Shown here piece after piece: positions 33,136 through 39,941 of a DNA stretch of 64,000 bases. Each line of letters begins with the position of its first letter. Positions within the stretch are counted from its first letter, which is position 1. Where the stretch lies: positions 288,001-352,000 of the forward strand of contig JBBQFN010000003.1 of NCBI GenBank assembly GCA_038321985.1. The letters run 5' to 3'. The notes below the pieces were generated by a model. The model saw nothing but the letters and a program-made list of their open reading frames with translations, searched no databases and had not been told where the DNA came from. The position numbers and the translations under genes are program-made. The stretch is from Cyanophyceae cyanobacterium. Lineage in GTDB: Bacteria; Cyanobacteriota; Cyanobacteriia; Cyanobacteriales; Laspinemataceae.

Positions 33136-33618
33136 TCACTCCCATAGATGGTCGCTATCTTTCTCTTCATTTTCTACAGAGGTTTCATCCTTCTTAAAAG
33201 GAAAACCATGTTCAATAGATGCTGTTTCTACAACTTTTACATTTTGTTTGTTGGTTTCTCCCAAATTCATGATAATTTTTTTCAAGGAATCCACTTGTTG
33301 TTGGAATTCCTTTGTTTTTTTTGTTTCCCGCTCATATTGAGATTGAAAAATTTTTGCACGAGCTTTAAAGTGATAAAGTTCTTGAAGCTTATTCTCTATA
33401 ACATTGGAGTCATCTATTGACATTTCTTTGGTTTCAAACGTTTTTGCGCACAACCAATTTGTACAGCGCCTTGTCCGTTTACGGTACAATAACTCTTTTC
33501 CAAGCAGAGTTTTTACAGTACCCGAGTAATAGAATGCGGGGGCACCTGTTCCTGGTTCAATGCCCTGCTTGCGTACTTGTTTACAGTGAGGACATTGCAT
33601 CTTAATAGAGGATCCCAT
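33136..33618 (-). CDS. Zn-ribbon (NrdR-N/Ogr-like) plus coiled-coil protein
   Basis: MQCPHC...RTRRCTNWLCAKTFETKE; C-terminal coiled coil; AT-rich. Confidence 0.65.
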   Translation of the reverse strand: MGSSIKMQCPHCKQVRKQGIEPGTGAPAFYYSGTVKTLLGKELLYRKRTRRCTNWLCAKTFETKEMSIDDSNVIENKLQELYHFKARAKIFQSQYERETKKTKEFQQQVDSLKKIIMNLGETNKQNVKVVETASIEHGFPFKKDETSVENEEKDSDHLWE

Positions 33619-33648
33619 AGTTTGATTTTCTTGTTTACAACAATTTAG

Positions 33649-33677
33649 AATATACTATATATAAAACAGTATGTCAA
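33649..33677 (-). promoter_or_regulatory. Near-consensus sigma70 promoter with overlapping inverted repeat
   Basis: TTGACA-17 bp-TATATT on the minus strand; ATACT-N11-AGTAT inverted repeat spans the spacer. Confidence 0.7.
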
Positions 33678-33838
33678 GTGCGACAATATTAATCAATGAC
33701 AAAATCACTTTCAGTATTAGCACTTAATATATTAAAGCCCGTAAAAGGTTTTTTAATGGGTCAAATTAATCTCCGAGTTTTTTGCATACTATTCATTTCA
33801 CTAAAAAGTATATATATTGAATGTGGAAAATAGGAAAA

Positions 33839-34236
33839 AAAGGCCGATTTATATAGAAAAATCCTTATGGAGATATAAAACGTTCTATAAATAGAGGGAG
33901 TTCGGGAGAACAGGCGACAAAGGCCGATTTATTAGAAATTTCTAATTAAGGTTCTAATTATAGAGGGAATTTGGGAGAACAGGTGGCAAAAGCCGATTTA
34001 TATAGAAAAATCCTTATGTAGATATAAAACGTTCTATAAATAGAGGGAGTTCGGGAGAACAGGCGGCAAAGGCCGATTTATTAGAGATTTCTAATGAGAG
34101 AGGGAATTTGGGAGAGCAGGCGACAAAAGAAAGCAGAGTTATATAGAAAAATCCTTATGTAGATTATAGAACCTTCTATAAATTGAGGCAGTTCGGGAGA
34201 ACAGGCGGCAAAGGCCGATTTATCAGGAATTCCTGA
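33839..34236 (+). repeat. Array of five ~40-bp repeats (plus one partial) separated by alternating hairpin spacers
   Basis: AGAGGGA(G/A)TT(C/T)GGGAGAACAGGCG(A/G)CAAAGGCCGATTTAT at 33893, 33962, 34042, 34099, 34184; spacers in A-B-A-B'-A order. Confidence 0.9.
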
Positions 34237-34393
34237 ATCGCCATTGTAGGCATTGTCAAAAATTTTATCTATAGCAATCAAGACTCTTAGCTGTGGACCC
34301 ATGACAAACGGCAAGTTAACTTACATTATAACACAGAATGAATAAAAGCAGCGTAGCCTTGCCAACCTGTCTCACCAGCTATTGATTCATAGA

Positions 34394-35059
34394 TTATCGG
34401 TGGGATACCACTAAACATCCATATCGATCCACTAAGTCTTGATAGTCAGGAGCATCCACCCCTAAAAATTCGGAGGGAATGTCTTCTTCGAGACGATGGA
34501 GAAAGGCAGATAAGCGAGAACCATTCAGTTGTGCGAGATTGGTATTATCGCGCTGTTCTCCCCAGGAAAGCGGTGCATAAATATCGACATCCAGTCCAAG
34601 AGTTAACCAAATTGGACTCGGGGTGGTGGTATCTAATTCTCCGTTATCATCAAGTTCAACAAAAACGGAAATATTCCCCCCAGATTTAATCCCTAATTCT
34701 TCGGGAATTCCGCGAACACTAAGGGTCAGGCATTGGAGATTTAAAGTCAAATCAAGATTGACTACATCATTTATTGTTTTCAACTCTTCTATCAATTGTC
34801 TCTGAGATGGTTCGCCTTGCCAATCCTGGATAGCAAACGTTTCTTCTCCACCACTGCGGGTATCGATCGCCACATCCTCAACCCGCGCAAAGTTATCCAG
34901 TGCCTTCAGTAACCGTTCGATTCTCTCGACTATCCATAAGCGCCGGTACAAGGGAAGCGTCAGTTTTTCTACGATAGCAGGAGGGATGCATAAATTATAA
35001 GTCCAAACCATGAGACCGCTTCCCCGTCGCCAAGTTGGAATGTTTGTCTGGTGATTCAT
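34394..35059 (-). CDS. Hypothetical protein, probable immunity protein
   Basis: Acidic 221-aa ORF 35 bp downstream of the toxin-like ORF on the same strand. Confidence 0.55.
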   Translation of the reverse strand: MNHQTNIPTWRRGSGLMVWTYNLCIPPAIVEKLTLPLYRRLWIVERIERLLKALDNFARVEDVAIDTRSGGEETFAIQDWQGEPSQRQLIEELKTINDVVNLDLTLNLQCLTLSVRGIPEELGIKSGGNISVFVELDDNGELDTTTPSPIWLTLGLDVDIYAPLSWGEQRDNTNLAQLNGSRLSAFLHRLEEDIPSEFLGVDAPDYQDLVDRYGCLVVSHR

Positions 35060-35094
35060 CGGTTTAAACCCTAGGAATGATAAAATATTTAGCT

Positions 35095-35742
35095 CTATTC
35101 AGGAGATGTTTTGATGATTTGATTATCCTCCGTGCGACTAAACTCCATCAGGAGTTGTCCATTTCCATAAATCGCGACTCGCCGTAAACTACTCATTTGA
35201 TTAGGACGAAACTCTCGTAAGATCCACCTTTCAACCGTCTCCTTATCCTTGAGCAGAATAACACAGAAGTCTCTTTCGGCATCTTCGTAAAGCTGCATTT
35301 CCAAGGAACCCGGAATTCCATAAGCTAGACCTGATTTTTTAAGCTGTGTGTTCGCTTCTTTGATTTTATTTTTAATCCATTTATCCCATCCCGAGCTTGC
35401 ACTAACATTGGTTGTTTTAACTGTGGTTTTTATTTCAGTAACTTCCGATTTTAGGGTTTCCCCCTGATTGAGGTAAACTGCATAGTCGGGTATTTTAACA
35501 TTTTCCTGAACCGATTCAGGTATAATTTCGACCGATCGGCCTAAGCTCAAGATTTGCCTCTCTAAAAAGGTGATTTCACCTTTGGCCCCAATCTGACCCA
35601 GTTTAACTTCGTTGGCTAAGTCATTTAGCTTTTTGTCGATTATAGCATCGCTTCCGACTAACAAACCTGAATTTTTCAAAGAATTCAGCCGGTTGTCTAT
35701 ATCATGATTCTCGGGTAATTGCCTATAAATGGGCATTCTCAA
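35095..35742 (-). CDS. PD-(D/E)XK nuclease toxin domain (CdiA-CT-like), orphan
   Basis: E...VEIIPES...IPDYAV...EVTEIKT...IKNKIKEANTQL pattern; no delivery domain; alternative ATG at 35736. Confidence 0.6.
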   Translation of the reverse strand: MRMPIYRQLPENHDIDNRLNSLKNSGLLVGSDAIIDKKLNDLANEVKLGQIGAKGEITFLERQILSLGRSVEIIPESVQENVKIPDYAVYLNQGETLKSEVTEIKTTVKTTNVSASSGWDKWIKNKIKEANTQLKKSGLAYGIPGSLEMQLYEDAERDFCVILLKDKETVERWILREFRPNQMSSLRRVAIYGNGQLLMEFSRTEDNQIIKTSPE

Positions 35743-35908
35743 GGGTTTCCTGGCAATGATTCACTCTGAATACTGCCCTAGTCTACCAGGGTCTTGAGAA
35801 TTCGTGACTCCTCGAATCCGGAAAGAGTGGGGAACCTTGGTTTTAGGCTGCGCTGGTGAGTTTCTGTAGAGTGGATGTGGTCAAAGATACTAACAGAACC
35901 AATCTCTC

Positions 35909-36013
35909 TTATGCTGCCTGCTGTTGTGACTTGATTACCACCCATTGTCCCGTGATGTGATCGCGATAGGTAATGTAAGAATTTTGCCGCAGTTGTTTCG
36001 GTTGAGTTGCCAT
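35909..36013 (-). CDS. Small protein, 34 aa, copy 2 (MATQPKQLRQNSYITYRDHITGQWVVIKSQQQAA)
   Basis: AGGAGG RBS; paralog of 29931-30038. Confidence 0.8.
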   Translation of the reverse strand: MATQPKQLRQNSYITYRDHITGQWVVIKSQQQAA

Positions 36014-36133
36014 TTCTATAACCTCCTGATTTCGTTTGTATTTATCCTATCGGTGCGATTCCCGGACAGTTGTCTCTAATTAACAAAAATTGACAATTTC
36101 TGATACAATTAAATCAGTAAACCGCTTTCAAAA

Positions 36134-37063
36134 ATGACCCGTTTTGTTTACGACCAATTTGCTAAACAATATCTAACGGAACTGTTAAGTCCATTTGGAG
36201 AAGTGGAACCCAGTCGGGCGATCGCAGCCGAAGTGCGGGAAATCGATGTCATTTTTTCTCCGGCATCGGACCATCCCCCGGAAGTCGCTATCCTAGGACT
36301 ACTGGGAAGACTTGCCACCACAGCGGCTATTTTTGAACCCTTTCGCAATGCCATCCAACCGGGAGACATTCGCAGTTGTCTGAGCAAACTCTTTGAACTG
36401 TACAACGAATTTGACCGCGAAGCCAACCGGGAAAATACCCGACTCAATGAAGCTCAACTCCCCCACCTCTGGATCCTGTCTCCCACAGTTTCCCAGGCGG
36501 TGTTAAGTGGGTTTAAAGCGGAACTGGATCGGGAAAACTGGGGAGAAGGCGTCTATTTTCTGGGGAGGTCCTTCAGAACTGGCATTGTGGTGATTCACCA
36601 ATTACCGAAGACTCCCGAAACCCTGTGGTTGCGGATGTTAGGGAAAGGAAATGTTCAAAAACAAGCGATCGCTGAACTGCGGCAACTCCCAGAAGACAAT
36701 CCCTTTCGAGTGCAGACGTTAGAATTACTCTATAATCTGCTCACGATTTTAGAAGTTCGTCAAGATTTAGATACGGAGGACCAATCGTTAGTTATGGAAC
36801 TCTCACCACTGTATTTGGAACGGTTAGAAAATGCCAATCAACAGGGTATCCAACAGGGTATCCAACAGGGTATCCAACAGGGCCTAGTGCTGGGTAAACG
36901 CCAGATGGTTGAAGAGATGCTCAAAGCCAAATTTGGGGAGATTGATGCGGAATTATGCGCAATCATTGACTCATTGCTGCTGATTCCACCTTTTGAAATG
37001 AATCTGTTAATTGCCCAACTTTCTCGCGAGGAACTGTTGGCGCGAGTACGGAATCCTAATTAA
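36134..37063 (+). CDS. Rpn/YhgA-like nuclease-fold protein with (QQGI)n linker and DUF4351-like C-terminus
   Basis: YDQFAKQYL, REIDVIF, IFEPFR, TLWLRMLG, QQGIQQGIQQG, KAKFGEID. Confidence 0.7.
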   Translation: MTRFVYDQFAKQYLTELLSPFGEVEPSRAIAAEVREIDVIFSPASDHPPEVAILGLLGRLATTAAIFEPFRNAIQPGDIRSCLSKLFELYNEFDREANRENTRLNEAQLPHLWILSPTVSQAVLSGFKAELDRENWGEGVYFLGRSFRTGIVVIHQLPKTPETLWLRMLGKGNVQKQAIAELRQLPEDNPFRVQTLELLYNLLTILEVRQDLDTEDQSLVMELSPLYLERLENANQQGIQQGIQQGIQQGLVLGKRQMVEEMLKAKFGEIDAELCAIIDSLLLIPPFEMNLLIAQLSREELLARVRNPN

Positions 37064-37082
37064 TAATTTGGGTTGATTCATG

Positions 37083-37113
37083 ACTCTCGGTGGGTGACTC
37101 TACCGAGAGTTTT
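37083..37113 (+). terminator. Terminator-like hairpin after the Rpn-like gene (degenerate copy at about 37517-37550)
   Basis: ACTCTCGGT...ACCGAGAGT followed by a T-run. Confidence 0.6.
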
Positions 37114-37227
37114 TAAAAGATAAATAAGGAGCTTAAGTCTCCTATTTTGCAGCCGTAGAAGGAGCCTGATAACGAGTTTAGTTTAGAAGTTCGTCAAGAT
37201 TTAGAGACGGAGGACCAATCGTTAATT

Positions 37228-37497
37228 ATGGAACTCTCACCACTGTATTTAGAACGGTTAGAAAATGCCAATCAACGGGGTATTCAACAGGGTATCCAAC
37301 AGGGCCTAGAGCAGGGTCTTGAGCAGGGCCAACGCCTGATCGTTGAAAAGATGATCAAAGCCAAGTTTGGGGAGGTTGATGGAGAATTATCCGCCATCAT
37401 CGACGCCTTGCTGCTGATTCCACCTTTGGACATGATGCAGTTAATTTACCAACTTTCTTGGGAGGAACTGTTGGCGCGAGTGCGGAATGAAAATTAA
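37228..37497 (+). CDS. Stand-alone duplicate of the Rpn-like C-terminal module (89 aa)
   Basis: Close paralog of 36794-37063, including upstream GGAGG and downstream hairpin. Confidence 0.65.
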   Translation: MELSPLYLERLENANQRGIQQGIQQGLEQGLEQGQRLIVEKMIKAKFGEVDGELSAIIDALLLIPPLDMMQLIYQLSWEELLARVRNEN

Positions 37498-37570
37498 TCG
37501 TTTGGGTTGATTTATGACTCTCGGAGGGGGGGACTCTTCCGAAAGTTTTTTATGGATGAAGAAGGAGGTA

Positions 37571-37694
37571 GAGCCTCCAATAGCGCATTCTTAGGCAGAG
37601 CCTAGGAACGAGTTTTTAAGGAGGCTTAACGCGGTTTGAAAAGGAGTCCGAGCCTCCAATAGAGCATTCCTAGGCGCTGCCTAGGAACGAGTTT
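37571..37694. repeat. Two direct copies of a REP-like palindromic unit
   Basis: GAGCCTCCAATAG(C/A)GCATTC(T/C)TAGGCnnnGCCTAGGAACGAGTTTT at about 37571 and 37650. Confidence 0.75.
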
Positions 37695-37790
37695 TAAAAG
37701 ATGTTATTAAACAGGATTGATGGAGTTGCTTGGGTCTATATTTGGGGTTTTATTGGAAGAAATAATTTAGACCGATCGCCTATGATGCTG

Positions 37791-37895
37791 TTAGGCGGCT
37801 TGTTGTTGTTCTTTCAATACTAACCATTGGCCGGTGATGGGGTCGCGATAGGTGGTATAGGTGTTTTGCCGCAGTTGTTTGGTTTGGGTTGCCAT
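37791..37895 (-). CDS. Small protein, 34 aa, copy 3 (MATQTKQLRQNTYTTYRDPITGQWLVLKEQQQAA)
   Basis: GAGG RBS, TAATAT -10; paralog of copies 1 and 2. Confidence 0.8.
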   Translation of the reverse strand: MATQTKQLRQNTYTTYRDPITGQWLVLKEQQQAA

Positions 37896-38024
37896 GATGA
37901 ATTACCTCTGGGTTGCTTCTGTATTTATATTACTGGTACAATTGAGGGGAGAGGGTGATGGTAACAACCCGTCAAGGCGATCGCGATCGCACTTTCAGGT
38001 TATTCTCATCACACACAGCCTTCA

Positions 38025-38148
38025 GAAAATAGGGGCGTGAATCTATGCACGCACCTGATCTCTCACCGCCGATTAAGCTATTCCGCGTCATGGAAAATCG
38101 CCGCTTCTACTCCTCTTACCAGGAATTCCCCGGAATAGTTATAACGGC
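38025..38148 (-). ncRNA. Candidate sRNA
   Basis: TGgTAAAAT -10 at 38152-38160; GCCG..CTATTCCG pairs with CGGAATAG..CGGC; 3' GCGTG/CACGC hairpin followed by ATTTT. Confidence 0.4.
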
Positions 38149-38574
38149 CTGATTTTACCACTCTGCAAGACTCTTTATCGGATTTTTCCTGGCCTGAAAT
38201 AAGGACACCCAACGCAATCGTGAGAGGATTTTTTCGTAGTTTCCCCGAGGCACTGTTAAGATAAATTTTTCCGGGTGGATTGTTAGGGCCGGTTTGTTGA
38301 GTAAGCACACCCCAGGGCGATCGCCACCCATCCAGGCAAGTTTGACTCCCTGTCCTGCGATCGCCCGGTTTTACGGCCCTGGAGAGACGTTTACCCGTGA
38401 TTGCTTTGAGAGATAATCCACCGATCGGGCAGTCTGGTGCAGGTTTTTCCCGGGGAGAGTCTGTTTTTATTCTAAAAGTTAAAATTACCAAAATCCTGAG
38501 CTAATCTGCAATCAATCTCCCCCTCCCATCCAAAACCCAAGGGCGAAAAGGCAACTCTTGCCATAAGATAGGTT

Positions 38575-38653
38575 AGGGGTTAAGCCAGGGTGTCAACTGG
38601 ACATTAAACAGGTTGCACTGCTTAGTGTCTAGGTATTCGTCCTTCTATCCCCT
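38575..38653 (+). ncRNA. Candidate rod-shaped sRNA
   Basis: TAAGAT -10 at 38564; nested stems AGGGG/CCCCT, AGGGTG/CGTCCT, TGGACATTAAACAG/CTGCTTAGTGTCTA with several G-U pairs. Confidence 0.45.
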
Positions 38654-38880
38654 CCGTAGTGACTCCCCCCTTAATAAGAGGGAACCGGATTGTTGAAAAT
38701 TCCCTTTATGGAGGAGGATTTACGAGAATCCAATCGTAGGCTGAAAGAGGGAACTTCACGGTTTTAATCTTCAGTTAACCGCTATGGGGGTTAAGGATAT
38801 CCTGCCCCTTTCACGCGTCCCGCAACGCCTAAGCGTTGCGCTTAATCTCGATTAATTTGTCGTCATTCCTAGCAGTTCTC

Positions 38881-39204
38881 ATGGGTCTTAAAATCGTTCA
38901 AAACTTTGGGGGTAGCTTTACCCTCAGTCCAGATGCAAAATCTGCCTTATTTGACTTATTAAATAGCCCCGAGTTTGTAAGTCAGGTTGCTACTGCTGCC
39001 AAGTGTCACCAAGTTGAGTTTACTGAGTTAATGTTCCAACCTGTTCCCTACAGCGAACAGACTCCCAAAGGAATGCCTCAAGAGTTTGAGCAGTATCACG
39101 AATCCGACGACTACACAATGGTTAATGTCCCTCCGACCTTTATGTTTAAAGCTAAAATTTTCAATCCTAGTCGTATTTGTGCGGTTTATCGCAAACTCAG
39201 TTAA
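38881..39204 (+). CDS. Hypothetical protein
   Basis: 107-aa ORF from ATG 38881 with protein-like composition. Confidence 0.6.
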   Translation: MGLKIVQNFGGSFTLSPDAKSALFDLLNSPEFVSQVATAAKCHQVEFTELMFQPVPYSEQTPKGMPQEFEQYHESDDYTMVNVPPTFMFKAKIFNPSRICAVYRKLS

Positions 39205-39336
39205 AACTCAATTTTTGAACTTGTTCCCACACATCGCCGGAGGGTTGAACTTTCGCTGAACAGCTAAAGCAACCGTTGCGATAACCTCCGGTTGTCGCAA
39301 CTCTCCCCTAATGAATCCTTTTTCTGGACATGACTT

Positions 39337-39870
39337 ATGACGGATATTTCATCCCTGTCTACTCTCGAATTTTTTCCCTATCTCGATGATCAGGGAAACT
39401 GCAACAGCGATTTTACCAGCCAAGTTGGGGTCTATGCTATTTTTGATGGGGAAAAAACCCTTCAGTATATCGGCTATTCCCGAGATATTGCTTTGAGTCT
39501 GAAACAGCACCTGATGCGGCAACCCGAGTGCTGTTATTGGATTAAAGCACAAACGATCGATCGCCCCAGTCGGACAATTTTAGAAGAAATTCGCCAGGCG
39601 TGGATTGCGGAAAATGGGCAAACTCCTCCGGGTAATGGCCCTGATGAAGCCCAATGGACTCAGGCGATCGATGTTAAACCCCTGATGACGACGGAAGAAC
39701 GGGAAAAGTATGAAAAAGCAATAGACGAATTTACCCAAATGAAACTCTTAAAACAGGTGTCACGCCGTGTGGAAGGCAAACTGTTGGCGGTCCTCGACTC
39801 CCGGGGACTTAAAGAGGCAATTCGCTTTAATCCCAAACTCAAAGAAAGCGGTTTGCTAGACTTAAAATAA
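39337..39870 (+). CDS. GIY-YIG domain protein
   Basis: GVYAIFD...LQYIGYSR; PPGNG. Confidence 0.85.
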   Translation: MTDISSLSTLEFFPYLDDQGNCNSDFTSQVGVYAIFDGEKTLQYIGYSRDIALSLKQHLMRQPECCYWIKAQTIDRPSRTILEEIRQAWIAENGQTPPGNGPDEAQWTQAIDVKPLMTTEEREKYEKAIDEFTQMKLLKQVSRRVEGKLLAVLDSRGLKEAIRFNPKLKESGLLDLK

Positions 39871-39941
39871 TCCTAGGTTCTGCTGTATTTATACCGCGAA
39901 CCTCTGTGATTTCCCTTCTAACCCCTACTCTGTCAAATTCC

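Noticed and set aside
33652..33672. LexA/SOS box
   Set aside because: One base short of CTGT-N8-ACAG and does not match the cyanobacterial LexA consensus; recorded only as an inverted repeat
33839..34236. CRISPR array
   Set aside because: Spacers are not unique (A-B-A-B'-A), range from 17 to 41 bp, are hairpins themselves, and no cas genes are in the window; kept as a non-CRISPR array
34081..34314. 77-aa minus-strand ORF across the array
   Set aside because: The 149-bp period is not a multiple of 3, so the frame is not kept across units; likely spurious
37921..37933. NtcA box upstream of small-ORF copy 3
   Set aside because: Spacing is GTA-N7-TAC rather than N8 and it is not conserved in copies 1 and 2
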